From: Candidatus Limnocylindria bacterium | GTDB lineage: Bacteria > Chloroflexota > Limnocylindria > QHBO01 | Assembly: GCA_041499395.1 (NCBI GenBank) | Contig: JBGQKH010000002.1 | Span: forward strand, 1 to 53,349 | Length of the DNA stretch: 53,349 nucleotides | Reading direction: 5' to 3' | In this document: one piece after another, positions 16,236-26,254 of the stretch | Layout of the letters: the number at the start of each line of letters is the position of its first letter | Position numbering within the stretch: the stretch's first letter is position 1 | Notes under the pieces: model-generated | What the model was told of the DNA's origin: nothing | The model's input: the letters and a program-made list of their open reading frames with translations, nothing else | Database searches by the model: none | Made by a program: the position numbers and the translations under genes

Positions 16236-17393
16236 ATGGATCAGAACCTGCGCGTCCCCGGCCCGACACCGCTCCCGCTCGAGGTCCGCGAGGCGCAGTC
16301 GGCCCCGATGATCAATCACCGCGGCCCGGAGTTCGCCGAGATGCTGCGCGAGATCAGCACGGGGATCGCGCAGCTCATCGGGACGAGCCAGGAGGTGCTG
16401 CTCCTCACCGGATCCGGCACCGGGGCGATGGAGGCGGCGGTCGTCAATACGCTTTCGCCTGGCGACCGGGTGCTGGCCGTCACGATCGGCTCGTTCGGTG
16501 ACCGCTTCGCGAAGATCGCCACCGCGTTCGGGGCCGCCGTCGAGCGCCTCGAGGTTCCCTGGGGCGAGGCTGCCGACCCCACCGCCCTGGCCGCGCACCT
16601 CGCGTCGAATCCCCCCTACCGCGTCGTCCTGATCACCCACAACGAGACGTCGACCGGGGTGACGAACCCGCTCAAGGAGCTGGCCGGCGTGGTTCGCGGC
16701 GCGACCGGCGATCCGCTGCTGCTGGTCGACGGGATCAGCGGCCTCGGCGCGTTGCCGTTCGAGATGGATGCCTGGGGGATCGACCTCGTCATCAGTGCCA
16801 GCCAGAAGGCGTTCATGGCGTCGCCCGGCATCGCGATCGCGGCGCTGAGCCAGCGCGCCTGGGAAGCGGCCGAGGCGGCGCGCATGCCACGCGCCTACTG
16901 GGACCTGCGCGAGGCGCGCGCCTGGGCCGCCAAGGGCCAGACGCCGTGGACGCCGGCGGTGAGCGTCCTCTTCGGCCTCCGCGTCGGCGTGCGGCGGCTG
17001 ATCGCCGAGGGACGTGAGGGAACCTGGGCACGGCACGCTGCCATCGCTGAGGCGGTGCAGGCCGGGCTCGAAGCGCTCGGCCTCAGGCTCGTGGCTCCAC
17101 ACGAGCACCGCTCCAACACGGTGACCGCCGCATGGCTGCCCGATGGACTGGAGTGGGGTCCCTTCAATGCCGCCATGCGCGCCAAGGGGCTGATCGTGGC
17201 CGGCGGCCAGGGGGCATGGGCGGGGCGCATCCTGCGACTCGGCCACATGGGCGGGGTCGGCATCGACGAGATGCGCGACGCGGTGCGCATCATGGGCGAA
17301 ACGCTGGCCGAGATGGGCCACGCCGCCGACCCCCCAGCAGCGCTTCGCGCCATGGACGAGGCCTACCAGGCGGGGCTCGCACCGGTCGGCTGA
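16236..17393 (+). CDS. class V pyridoxal-phosphate aminotransferase (serine-pyruvate / alanine-glyoxylate type)
   Basis: PGPTPLPLEV...INHRGPEF N-terminus, PLP-lysine region ISASQKAFMASPG, 385 aa. The upstream part of track ORF 16056..17393 is antisense to rarA. ATG 16224 is an alternative start. Confidence 0.88.
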   Translation: MDQNLRVPGPTPLPLEVREAQSAPMINHRGPEFAEMLREISTGIAQLIGTSQEVLLLTGSGTGAMEAAVVNTLSPGDRVLAVTIGSFGDRFAKIATAFGAAVERLEVPWGEAADPTALAAHLASNPPYRVVLITHNETSTGVTNPLKELAGVVRGATGDPLLLVDGISGLGALPFEMDAWGIDLVISASQKAFMASPGIAIAALSQRAWEAAEAARMPRAYWDLREARAWAAKGQTPWTPAVSVLFGLRVGVRRLIAEGREGTWARHAAIAEAVQAGLEALGLRLVAPHEHRSNTVTAAWLPDGLEWGPFNAAMRAKGLIVAGGQGAWAGRILRLGHMGGVGIDEMRDAVRIMGETLAEMGHAADPPAALRAMDEAYQAGLAPVG

Positions 17394-17409
17394 ACGGCTG
17401 ACCGGTCGG

Positions 17410-19704
17410 TCAGCCTCTCCCCCCGCGCAGGATCGACCGCCATCGGCTCCGCACCGCCAGCCAGAACATCGGCAGCTGGAGGCGGCTCCACGCCATCTGC
17501 AGCCGCGCGATCACCTCGGACGAGACCGATCGGCCCGAGTAGCTCTGCCAGACCTTGCCCTCGGCGATCTGGTGAATCTCGACCCGCCGCTGGGGGAGCT
17601 GCTCCTCCAGCCAGGAGGCGTACTCGTAGAAGGTCTCGGCGGGGCGTGGCGAGAGTCCGGCCCGGTCCCCAGCGTAGGCGAGGCGTTGCCACTGCTGGTC
17701 CCCCGGCGCCAGGAACCGGTATCGGTAGCGCCTCCTGACGAGGCGCCAGGCGGCGTAGAGGACGAGCAGGCCGATCGCCACGAACAGGAGCAGGGCGTTG
17801 CCGGTGCGGGCCTCGTCGGTCGGTGGCTGGCCGCCGGGATGGAAGCCGCCGGGGACCGGCTGGAACGAGGGGAGGTCGGAGACGGTGCCCAGCGCAGCCT
17901 TGCCTTCGAAGCCCTGCACCCTGGGATCGGTGGTGGCGGTGGGGACGGGCGGGACGGTCCCCGCGCCCGGGTCTCGGGAGACCGTCGGGATCGAATGCGT
18001 TGCCTCGAAGATCTGCCAGCCGTAGCCGGGGAAGTAGATCTCGGTCCACGCGTGTGCGTCACGCTGTCGGTACTGGTAGATGCCGCTGGCCGTCCGCTGC
18101 CCCGGCGCGTAGCCGACCGCGACGCGAGCCGGAAGGCCGAGCGTGCGCGCCATCACCGCCATGGCGCTGGCGTAGTACTCGCAATAGCCGACCTGCCCCT
18201 TCGGATCGAAGAGGAAGAAGTCGACCAGGTCACGCCCGGGATCCCCGGGGAGGTTGCCGGAGGTCGAGTACTTGAAGCGCGGGTCGGTGCGCAGGTAGTC
18301 CGCCAGGGCCTTCGCTTCGTGATACGGGTCGGTCGCCCCGGCGAGATTGACGATCTGGCGGGCCAGCTCGGTCGTGCGCTGCGTCACCCCATCGGTCGAC
18401 AGGTAGGTGGCCCGGATCTCCGCGGGATAGCTCGTTCCGGCACCTGCGAGCATCGCCTCGGTCGCAGTCGAGATGTCGGCCGTGATCTGGTAGCCCTTCC
18501 CCTTGTCCAGGACCGACGGCGACTGGAGCGCGCCAAGGAGCGGCTTGCCCCCCGGCTCATGGATCAGCAGTGGAGCGAAGGCTGCGGTCGGGTAGCCCGG
18601 CGTGAACATGTTGCGTTCCACGCTGCCCAGGATCTCGACGCTGACCGTCTCCACGCTGAACGAGTCGGTCGCGAGCGGACGCTCCGGGGTGTAGGCCGGG
18701 AAGATCCGATCGCCCGCGGCGACGCGCCGGTCTGACCCGGCGCTGCTCATCCAGCCATGCCCGGTGTAGACGTCGTAGGTGATGGTGCGCATGTAGTAGC
18801 CGTGCTTGGCCGCGACCGTCATCACCGCACCGTCGGCGGCGCTCCACTTGCCGGCCACCCGGAACGAGGCGCCGAAGGCGGTGCCCTGGATCCGGGAGGG
18901 TGCACCGCTGAGGCCGCCGAAGATCCCCTCGAACTGATCGCGAACCCCCGACCAGACACCGTCGAGGTTGTTCCAGACCCCGGTCAGCGGCGCTGCGACG
19001 GCGACCGTGGTCAGGATCCACGCCAGCGCGATGCTGCCGAAGATGAAGGTGAGGCCGCTGCGGACGATCTGGCCCGGGACGTCCATCGTCTCGGTCACCT
19101 TGCGCGCGCGCCAACTCTCCTCGCGCATGACCAGGGCAACCCGCAGCCAGAGCAGGAGCGCCGCCAGCGAGAAGACCAGCAGGAAGGCGAAGAGCTCGGC
19201 GAAGGTGGCGGACATGTTGGCGATCAGCGCCACCCCGACCAGCAGGATGCTGTCGAGGACCCGATGGTGGCGGTAGAGGGCGTAGGCGGCCATGAAGGCA
19301 GTCACCCACATCAGGATCCCGAAGCCGAAGGCATACGGGGTCAGCTGCGGGGCGAATCCGCCATCAATGACGATCCGGGTGAAGTCCAGCGCGTCGCCCC
19401 GTAGCACCAGGAGCTGGGCGGTCTGGTCGAAGTTGGGATAGAAGGCCGCGCCGATCGTCGAGAGCAGGACCCAGGCGCCGATCACGGCGCTGATCGGGAG
19501 CACGATCGTCACCGACAGGCGGGTCAGCCCAAGCAGGGCGCCGGTCAGCGCCCCGAGGATGGCGATCGGCACCACGAAGTCGATCGGCTCGAACCAGCCG
19601 GCGTGCTCGACCGACCAGACGAGGGAGAGGAGCATCACGAGGAGGAGGCAGAGGCTCAGCCAGCCCTCGCGCGGCTTGAGGAAGCGGCGCAGCAGCTCAG
19701 GCAC
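17410..19704 (-). CDS. transglutaminase-domain membrane protein (TgpA-like: polytopic N-terminus, transglutaminase core, C-terminal TM/DUF4129-like)
   Basis: The catalytic region is GYCEYYASAMAVMARTLGLPARVAVGY ... DAHAWTEIYFPGYGW. There are many N-terminal TM helices. Start trimmed to GTG 19704, an 8-nt overlap with the DUF58 stop. Confidence 0.85.
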   Translation of the reverse strand: MPELLRRFLKPREGWLSLCLLLVMLLSLVWSVEHAGWFEPIDFVVPIAILGALTGALLGLTRLSVTIVLPISAVIGAWVLLSTIGAAFYPNFDQTAQLLVLRGDALDFTRIVIDGGFAPQLTPYAFGFGILMWVTAFMAAYALYRHHRVLDSILLVGVALIANMSATFAELFAFLLVFSLAALLLWLRVALVMREESWRARKVTETMDVPGQIVRSGLTFIFGSIALAWILTTVAVAAPLTGVWNNLDGVWSGVRDQFEGIFGGLSGAPSRIQGTAFGASFRVAGKWSAADGAVMTVAAKHGYYMRTITYDVYTGHGWMSSAGSDRRVAAGDRIFPAYTPERPLATDSFSVETVSVEILGSVERNMFTPGYPTAAFAPLLIHEPGGKPLLGALQSPSVLDKGKGYQITADISTATEAMLAGAGTSYPAEIRATYLSTDGVTQRTTELARQIVNLAGATDPYHEAKALADYLRTDPRFKYSTSGNLPGDPGRDLVDFFLFDPKGQVGYCEYYASAMAVMARTLGLPARVAVGYAPGQRTASGIYQYRQRDAHAWTEIYFPGYGWQIFEATHSIPTVSRDPGAGTVPPVPTATTDPRVQGFEGKAALGTVSDLPSFQPVPGGFHPGGQPPTDEARTGNALLLFVAIGLLVLYAAWRLVRRRYRYRFLAPGDQQWQRLAYAGDRAGLSPRPAETFYEYASWLEEQLPQRRVEIHQIAEGKVWQSYSGRSVSSEVIARLQMAWSRLQLPMFWLAVRSRWRSILRGGRG

Positions 19705-20953
19705 GGGATCGCTCCCGGATCGGCGGGGTTCGCGCACCGAGTGGCCGCCGGCCGAGGACGCTCGGCAGGTCGTCTCCCGCACGGACGAGATGATGCCCGA
19801 TGTCGTGCTCGGCAAGCGCGTGGCGCACCGCCGCCAGCTCGGCGCGGCTCTCTTCGTCGTCCCGCCCCTCGAAGCTGAAGCGATCGATCAGCACCACGAT
19901 GGCCCCGATCCCCCGGCGTCGAAGCGTCGCGAGTGCCCGCACCCACTCACGCTCGGTCGATCCCGTCACGATGCAGAGTGTCATCCCGCGGCGCAGCTGG
20001 GTGAGGGTGCTCACCACCACCTCGGCCAGCGGCTGGACACCATCCGCCTGCACGTTGGCGAGCAGGTTCAGGATCTTCTGCTCCACCCTTGTCCCTCGGT
20101 CGGGGGTGAGGTGCTGCTGGCGGCGCGACGAGACGGTGATCCCCACCGCCCGGTTCTCCGCCAGGGTATGGACCGCGATCGAGGCGGCCGCGCTGATCGC
20201 CGTCTCGACCGACCCGGACTCGGGCGGCCCCGCCTGCGTAGCCCGCTCCAGGTCGAGCAGCAGCCACAGGTCCGCAGCCTGCTCCAGGTCGAACTCCTTC
20301 ACGTACAGCTCCCCGTGTCGAACCGAGCTGAGCCAGTGGATGCGGTTGATCGCATCGCCCTGCACATAAGGACGCACGGTGCTGACCAATGGTGTCGCCG
20401 CCTCGTATCGACGCTTGGACGGCGTGGTCCCGTCGACCGGTGACGGCGGGAGCCGCCAGTGCGGGAGGGGGTAGACCCGCGGGTAGACCACGATCCAGGT
20501 CGCCCTCCCCACCACCATCTCGCTGGTGAAGAGGCCGAACGGGTCGCCGGTCCGCACCCGGAGCGCGGAGAGCCGGTAGCTGCCGCGCCGCTGCAGCATG
20601 ACCCGGGCGAGCCACTGGCGATGGCTCCGCGCCGCGACCCCGATCACGCGCCCCGGGAGCGGGGTCGGCAGCGTCGATTCGTTTGCCACCTCGACCCAGG
20701 GCTTCCCCCAGCCGCTGTCGTTATCGAGCCGGTAGATCGCCTCGAGCCGGTCGCCGACCTGGGCGCGGAGGTTCAGGACCGTGTATCCGGCGCGCAGCCC
20801 CCGCAGCCCGCGCCGCGCGTACCAGCGCGACGCGAGGAGGAGGATCGCCAGCAGGTAGACGAGGAAGAAGAGGAAGCTGATCCCCGTGCTGAAGGCCGCC
20901 ACCACCAGCGCGGTGCCGAAGAAGACGACCCGGAGCTGCTTGGAGAGGCCCAT
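19697..20953 (-). CDS. DUF58 domain protein (vWA-like partner of MoxR)
   Basis: RPYVQGDAINRIHWLSSVRHGELYVKEFDLE core motif. Two N-terminal TM helices. Lies directly downstream of the MoxR ATPase gene. Confidence 0.88.
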   Translation of the reverse strand: MGLSKQLRVVFFGTALVVAAFSTGISFLFFLVYLLAILLLASRWYARRGLRGLRAGYTVLNLRAQVGDRLEAIYRLDNDSGWGKPWVEVANESTLPTPLPGRVIGVAARSHRQWLARVMLQRRGSYRLSALRVRTGDPFGLFTSEMVVGRATWIVVYPRVYPLPHWRLPPSPVDGTTPSKRRYEAATPLVSTVRPYVQGDAINRIHWLSSVRHGELYVKEFDLEQAADLWLLLDLERATQAGPPESGSVETAISAAASIAVHTLAENRAVGITVSSRRQQHLTPDRGTRVEQKILNLLANVQADGVQPLAEVVVSTLTQLRRGMTLCIVTGSTEREWVRALATLRRRGIGAIVVLIDRFSFEGRDDEESRAELAAVRHALAEHDIGHHLVRAGDDLPSVLGRRPLGARTPPIRERSRA

Positions 20954-20960
20954 GGCCGGC

Positions 20961-21926
20961 CTAGCGTGCGCCGGCGGCGGGGCTGCTGCTCGGCTCGGCG
21001 ATCGGGACCTGGGCGAGGATCTCGCGGACGATCCCGTCGGGGTCGACCTCTCGCAGGGAGGCCTGGCTCTTGACGATGATCCGGTGTCCCAGGACGGCGA
21101 CGGCGAGCTGCTTGATGTCGTCGGGGATCACGAAGTCGCGTCCGTCGAGGGAGGCGAGCGCCTGCCCGGCCCGATACAGGTTGATCGATCCGCGAGGCGA
21201 TGCGCCGAGGTAGACGTCGGCATGGTCGCGGGTCGAGGTGACGAGACGCACGATGTACTCGGCGACCGTCTGGTCGACGTAGATCTCCTTCACCGCCGCC
21301 TGCATCTGGCGCAGCTCGTCGAGATCGAGCACCTGCTGCAGCTCTTCGATCGGGTGGCGGCGCTTCTGTTCGTCGAGGATCACGATCTCCTCCATCGCCT
21401 TGGGGTAGCCAAGCCGCAGGCGGAGCATGAAGCGGTCGAGCTGGGCCTCGGGCAGGGCGAAGGTGCCCTCGTACTCGATCGGGTTCTGGGTGGCGATGAC
21501 CAGGAACGGGGACGGCATCGGGTGGCTCACGCCGTCGATCGTCGCCTGCCGCTCCTCCATGCACTCGAGCAGCGCGCTCTGGGTTTTTGGCGTCGCCCGG
21601 TTGATCTCATCGGCGAGCACCACCTGCGCCATGATCGGCCCGGGGCGGAACTCGAACTCCTGCGTCTTCTGGTTGAAGATCGAGAGGCCGGTGACGTCCG
21701 AGGGGAGCAGGTCGGGCGTGAACTGGATCCGCCGGAACGAGCAGCCGATGCTTCGGCTCAGCGCCTTGGCGAGCATCGTCTTGCCGACGCCGGGGACGTC
21801 CTCGATCAGGATGTGGCCCTCGCAGAGGAGCGCCACGAGCGCCATCCGCACCTCGACGTGCTTGCCGACGATCACCCGCTCGACGTTCGCGACGACGCGC
21901 TCGGCCGATTCCTGGACACTCTTCAT
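20961..21926 (-). CDS. MoxR-family AAA+ ATPase
   Basis: [21 protein letters not shown] Walker [20 protein letters not shown] Walker B/sensor, PEAQLDRF. 321 aa. Confidence 0.93.
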   Translation of the reverse strand: MKSVQESAERVVANVERVIVGKHVEVRMALVALLCEGHILIEDVPGVGKTMLAKALSRSIGCSFRRIQFTPDLLPSDVTGLSIFNQKTQEFEFRPGPIMAQVVLADEINRATPKTQSALLECMEERQATIDGVSHPMPSPFLVIATQNPIEYEGTFALPEAQLDRFMLRLRLGYPKAMEEIVILDEQKRRHPIEELQQVLDLDELRQMQAAVKEIYVDQTVAEYIVRLVTSTRDHADVYLGASPRGSINLYRAGQALASLDGRDFVIPDDIKQLAVAVLGHRIIVKSQASLREVDPDGIVREILAQVPIAEPSSSPAAGAR

Positions 21927-22009
21927 GGAACGCTCCCCTATGGCTCGGACGCGGCACGCCCGTCAGGAACAATACCCCAGCCGGTTACGCTGTGGTTCAC
22001 CGGCCCGGG

Positions 22010-23554
22010 TCAGCCGCCGGCCGTGAGCCTCAGCCATTCGGCCATCACGCTGCCCCCGATCGGCGCTGCGTGCCCCGATCCGGTCCCGCCCCCCTCGACG
22101 ATGACCGCGATCGCGATCGTCGGCACCGACCCATCCTGGGCAGGCGCGAAGCCGATGAACCAGGAGTGCGGCGCGAGCCCCGGGCCACGCTCGGCGGTCC
22201 CGGTCTTGCCGGCCGTCAGAACGCCCGAAACGCCGTAGCGGGAGACGGCCCCGGCGCCGGCGTAGTGAATGCCGATCGGTCCGCTGACCGCATCCACCAT
22301 CGCGGATCGCACCTGCGCCGCTGCCTGGGTGGAGACGGCCCGGCTCCCGGCCGCGCCGCCGTAGGTCTCGAGAACAGTGGCATCCGGCCCGTCGAGGGGC
22401 GTGGCCGCGTGGGCGCGCAGGTCGCGCACCACGAATGGCTGGGGCAGGACTCCACCATCGGCCACCGTCGCCGCCAGGAGCGCCATCTGGAGCGGGGTCA
22501 CCGAGTCGCGCCCCTGGCCGAAGGCGGCGCTCGCCAGCTCGACCTCGTCGACGAAGGGGCCACAGCCGTCTCCGGAGGCCTGCGACAGGTAGGACGGATC
22601 GACCGACAGCCCGCGCTGGGCGCTTCCGATTCGCAGCGGCGAACAGAAGCCGAAGCGGCGCGCGTAGTCGAGGAAGCGAGACGCCCCAACCTCGAGCCCG
22701 ACGTGCGCGAAGAAGATGTTGCTGCTGACCTGGAGCGCTTCCGAGAGCGGCCACAACGCCGGCTTCACGCTGCCGAGGTCGTGCTCGCGGATCGTGAAGC
22801 CGTTGACCACGAACCCGGCAGCCTCCTGCTTTGGCTGGTCCGGGAACGTGGTCTGGGGCGTGATCGCGCCGGAGTCCAAGGCCGCCGACGCGGTGAGCAC
22901 CTTCATGATCGAGCCGGGCACGTAATGGCCCTGTCGACTCCGATCGAGGAAGGGGTTCGCCTGCCTCGCCGCCACGGCGTCGAAGGCGGCCTGCGCCAGA
23001 TCGGGGTTGCCGGAGAAGCCGGTCGGATCGTAGGTCGGCGAGGAGACCATGGCAAGGATCGCGCCGGTGCGCGGGTCGATCGCGACCACCGCCCCGACGT
23101 TCGAGCCGAGCTGCGCCTGGGCGAAGTCCTGCAGGCGCTTGTCGATGGTGAGCGTGAGGTCGTGCTCGTCGGGCTGGCGCGCGAGGATCTGGTTCAGCAG
23201 GTCGCGCAGCGGGTTCGGATCGGCACGCCCGGTGAGCAGGTCGTCCCAGGCGCGCTCGACGGCGGTTGCCCCGTAGCGGAGGCTGGCGTAGCCGATGACG
23301 TGCGCGAAGGCGGCGTCCGTGTAGGTCCGCGTGCTCACCCCGCCGACCACCTGGCTCGAGGCCAGCAGCTGGCCCCGGGCGTCGAAGATCGAGCCCCGCG
23401 GCAGGCTGCGGTGCGCGGCGATCACCTGCGGGTTGTCGGGGCGTGTCGCGAGCTGCTGCGCGTCGAGCACCTGCCACCAGGTGAGCGCGCCGGAGACGCT
23501 GGCAAAGGCGAGCACGAGGTAGAACGAGAGGCGTCGGATGTTGGTGGCGATCAT
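22010..23554 (-). CDS. pbpA: class B penicillin-binding protein (PBP2/PbpA-type transpeptidase)
   Basis: N-terminal TM, SIMK (SxxK), SSN and KTGTA motifs in the correct order. ATGA overlap with the rodA stop. Confidence 0.9.
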   Translation of the reverse strand: MIATNIRRLSFYLVLAFASVSGALTWWQVLDAQQLATRPDNPQVIAAHRSLPRGSIFDARGQLLASSQVVGGVSTRTYTDAAFAHVIGYASLRYGATAVERAWDDLLTGRADPNPLRDLLNQILARQPDEHDLTLTIDKRLQDFAQAQLGSNVGAVVAIDPRTGAILAMVSSPTYDPTGFSGNPDLAQAAFDAVAARQANPFLDRSRQGHYVPGSIMKVLTASAALDSGAITPQTTFPDQPKQEAAGFVVNGFTIREHDLGSVKPALWPLSEALQVSSNIFFAHVGLEVGASRFLDYARRFGFCSPLRIGSAQRGLSVDPSYLSQASGDGCGPFVDEVELASAAFGQGRDSVTPLQMALLAATVADGGVLPQPFVVRDLRAHAATPLDGPDATVLETYGGAAGSRAVSTQAAAQVRSAMVDAVSGPIGIHYAGAGAVSRYGVSGVLTAGKTGTAERGPGLAPHSWFIGFAPAQDGSVPTIAIAVIVEGGGTGSGHAAPIGGSVMAEWLRLTAGG

Positions 23555-24894
23555 GGCCCGCGCCCCTCCGCCACCGCGTCGACGGCGGAGCGGTGGCTGA
23601 TCGCCAGCAGCAGCCCGACCACCACAAAGCTGGCAAGGAGGCTCGAGCCGCCGTAGCTGACGAACGGGAAGGTGATCCCCGTCAGCGGAACGAGCTTCAC
23701 GTTGCCCGAGGCGATGATCAGCGTCTGGAGGCCCAGGCTGACGGTCAGGCCGACCGCCAGCATCGAGCTGAAGTCATCGCGGGCCAGCACCGCGGTGCGC
23801 AGCCCGCGGAAGACGAGGACCATGACGAGCGCCAGCAGGGCGACGGCGCCGATCAGCCCCAGCTCCTCGGCCACCGCGGCGAAGATGAAGTCGGTCGGCA
23901 GGGCGGGGATCGGCAGGTGCCCGGAGATCGTCGGCAGGCCCTGTCCGAGCCCCTCGCCGAAGAGGCCGCCGCGCCCAAAGGCGTAGAGCGCCTGTACCGT
24001 CTGATACCCGGTCCCGCTCGGGTCGGCGAAGGGGCTGATCCAGTTGTCGACGCGGACGCGGACGTGGCCGAAGGCCTGGTAGGCGCCAAACGAGCCGACG
24101 ACGAAGAGCACCATCCCGACCAGGACGTAGCTCCGTCGGCCGGTCGCCACGAAGAGCATGGTCAGGAAGATCCCGAAGAAGAGGAGGGCGGTGCCGAGGT
24201 CTCTGCTGATCACGACGATCCCCATCACCCCGAAGAAGATCGCCAGCATCGGCAGCAGGTAGGGCAGCGGCGGGATCTTGATGGGCCCGATGCGCGCGAT
24301 CCCCTCTGAAAGGACGGCCCGCTTCTCGGCCAGGTAGCCCGCGATGAAGATGACCAGCACCACCTTGATCGCCTCCGCGGGCTGAAAGCCGATCGGGCCC
24401 AGGAAGATCCAGAGCCGGGCCCCGTTCACCTCGCGCCCGAACAGGAAGGTGATGATCAGCAGCAGCGTCCCGGCGAGGGCCCAGGTGTACTTGTAGTGGC
24501 GCAGGACGCCGTCGTCCCGGAATCGCGCGGCGATCCAGAGCATGACGCCGACGCCGATCCCGAACCAGAGCAGCTGAGTGGTGGCCATCCCGAGCCGCAA
24601 CCCGAAGACGTTGGCACCGAGCAGGTTCTGCGGCAGCCGGTTGAGCATGACGATCCCCACGCCGCCGATCGTCGCCACCACCGGCAGGAGCATCTGGTCA
24701 CCCTGGTTGCCGGTGAGCCGCAGCACCAGGTGCGCGGCGAGCATCAGGCCCACGTAGCCGATCGCGAGTCCAAGCGGACCCGGATCGAGGGCCCCGGTCT
24801 GGGCGATGTGGGTCACCACGAAACCAAGCGGGACGAGGATCACGAGCGGCAAGAGGAGGCGCAGCTCGACGGGGCGCGGAACCGCGCGCATCAA
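23551..24894 (-). CDS. rodA: FtsW/RodA/SpoVE (SEDS) family peptidoglycan polymerase
   Basis: About 10 TM helices. Conserved ...GARLWIFLGPIGFQPAEAIK... and ...LPTDFIFAAVAEELG... SEDS motifs. Positioned between fhaB and pbpA. Confidence 0.9.
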   Translation of the reverse strand: MMRAVPRPVELRLLLPLVILVPLGFVVTHIAQTGALDPGPLGLAIGYVGLMLAAHLVLRLTGNQGDQMLLPVVATIGGVGIVMLNRLPQNLLGANVFGLRLGMATTQLLWFGIGVGVMLWIAARFRDDGVLRHYKYTWALAGTLLLIITFLFGREVNGARLWIFLGPIGFQPAEAIKVVLVIFIAGYLAEKRAVLSEGIARIGPIKIPPLPYLLPMLAIFFGVMGIVVISRDLGTALLFFGIFLTMLFVATGRRSYVLVGMVLFVVGSFGAYQAFGHVRVRVDNWISPFADPSGTGYQTVQALYAFGRGGLFGEGLGQGLPTISGHLPIPALPTDFIFAAVAEELGLIGAVALLALVMVLVFRGLRTAVLARDDFSSMLAVGLTVSLGLQTLIIASGNVKLVPLTGITFPFVSYGGSSLLASFVVVGLLLAISHRSAVDAVAEGRGP

Positions 24895-25334
24895 CGCTCC
24901 AGTCGCATCCGCACGCGCCCGATCGTCAGCTCGTCGCCGAAGGAGAGCGCCACGGCTCGATCGATCCGGTGCCCGTTGACGTAGGTCCCGTTGGTGCTCC
25001 CCTGGTCCTCGATGAACCAGCTCCGTCCCCGGAAGGTGAGCATCGCGTGGCCGCCGCTCACGAAGTCGTCGTCGATGACGATCGTGCTGTTCACGTCCCG
25101 CCCGATTGAGTTGATCGGCCCGAGCGCGATGGAGCTGCCGGCCAGCGGCTCCTCGATCGGGGACTCCACGACCGACAGGCGCCCGATCCCGGATTGGCTG
25201 GCCTGCTGGGTGACCTCCGCGCTGCGCAGGTCGCGCAGCAGCGAGCGCGAGAAGCCGAAGAGGATCAGGTAGAGGAGGCCGAGGAAGGCGAGCTGGAACG
25301 CGAGGAGGAGGAGCCGGAGGATGTCACCGGTCAT
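24891..25334 (-). CDS. fhaB: membrane-anchored FHA-domain protein (FhaB/FipA-like)
   Basis: Start taken at [10 protein letters not shown] (25334), a 4-nt ATGA overlap with the fhaA stop. One TM, then the FHA core [22 protein letters not shown]...[10 protein letters not shown]. Confidence 0.85.
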   Translation of the reverse strand: MTGDILRLLLLAFQLAFLGLLYLILFGFSRSLLRDLRSAEVTQQASQSGIGRLSVVESPIEEPLAGSSIALGPINSIGRDVNSTIVIDDDFVSGGHAMLTFRGRSWFIEDQGSTNGTYVNGHRIDRAVALSFGDELTIGRVRMRLER

Positions 25335-26089
25335 CCACGCACCTGGAACAGGATCTCCGTGCTCCCGATCTGGATCGAGTCGCCCGGCCCCAGCGCCACC
25401 TCGCTCACCTGCTGCCCGTTGACCCACGAGCCGTTCCGGCTGCCAAGGTCCGCAAAGCCGTAGGCGCCGTGCTGGAGCTTCAGCTGGCAGTGGTGCCGGC
25501 TCACCTCAGGGTCGTCGACGATCACGTCGTTGTCGCTGGCCCGCCCGATGCTGATCAGCGCCCCGCCCAGGTCGAAGCGAACCTGCGCTGCGCCATCGGT
25601 CCGCACCAGGAGGAAGGCGCGAGTCGCGGAGTCCGGTGCCGCCACCTCGTGCCCGGGGCGGGCGAGCACCATCGTCTGCGCCGATGGCCCCTCGGCCGCG
25701 TGCTGCTGGACGTGGTCGGCGGCGACGTCGACCACGTTGGCGGCGACTCGCACGTCGCCCCGTGGCACGGCCGGATCGGCGACCAGGTGGACGCTTGCCC
25801 GCGCCACCAGGTGGTAGCGCTCGCGTCGGGCGCGCGTCGCGGCGCCATGGGCCAGGTCATCCTCGAGCGAACCGCGGTAGGACTCGAACGCGGCGAAATC
25901 GGCCGGGTGCAGGTGCAGGTCATATCGGTTCGGCACGATGATCCCGACCGCGCCGAAGGTCTTGCCGCTGTCCATGGCGCGCTCGATGCGCTTCGTCAAC
26001 AGCACTGGTTGCAGGGTCGCTCCCAGGCGACCCGCCGGCGCCTCGAAGAGCCGCTCGAGGAACGCCTCGACCCGCGAGAAGATGCCCAC
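25331..26089 (-). CDS. fhaA: FhaA-like protein (DUF3662 N-terminal domain + C-terminal FHA domain)
   Basis: The 594-aa track ORF was trimmed to GTG 26089 ([16 protein letters not shown], a typical FhaA N-terminus). C-terminal FHA core [22 protein letters not shown]...[10 protein letters not shown]. Confidence 0.85.
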   Translation of the reverse strand: MGIFSRVEAFLERLFEAPAGRLGATLQPVLLTKRIERAMDSGKTFGAVGIIVPNRYDLHLHPADFAAFESYRGSLEDDLAHGAATRARRERYHLVARASVHLVADPAVPRGDVRVAANVVDVAADHVQQHAAEGPSAQTMVLARPGHEVAAPDSATRAFLLVRTDGAAQVRFDLGGALISIGRASDNDVIVDDPEVSRHHCQLKLQHGAYGFADLGSRNGSWVNGQQVSEVALGPGDSIQIGSTEILFQVRG

Positions 26090-26095
26090 CTGCCG

Positions 26096-26101
26096 ATCGT
26101 A
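26096..26101 (-). promoter_or_regulatory. -10 box TACGAT, 6 nt upstream of the fhaA GTG start (leaderless type)
   Basis: The minus strand reads TACGAT-cggcag-GTG. Same geometry as the other TANNNT boxes in the window. Confidence 0.35.
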
Positions 26102-26254
26102 GCACGGGCTGCTGCCGCCCCCGACGGACCGGACGAGCGGGGTACCAACGGCGTCCGCGAAGGTACCAATGCGCCTGTGGGGCGCGCTGGAGGCGGCTCG
26201 GTATACTCCTGCTCCCTGAAGCCTCTCCCTCGAGAATCGGATGCCAACCACCAG

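Noticed and set aside
14705-16501. 598-aa plus-strand ORF
   Set aside because: Antisense to rarA for most of its length. Only the independent aminotransferase frame (16236..17393) is credible.
17410-21926. MoxR - DUF58 - transglutaminase module as a novel system
   Set aside because: This three-gene arrangement is a widespread, already recognised conserved module. It is annotated but not reported as a finding.
25469-26254. N-terminal 262 codons of track ORF 25469..27490
   Set aside because: This part is antisense to fhaA and compositionally aberrant. The cysteine-rich, protein-like sequence starts at ATG 26255, downstream of a TATACT box (26202-26207).
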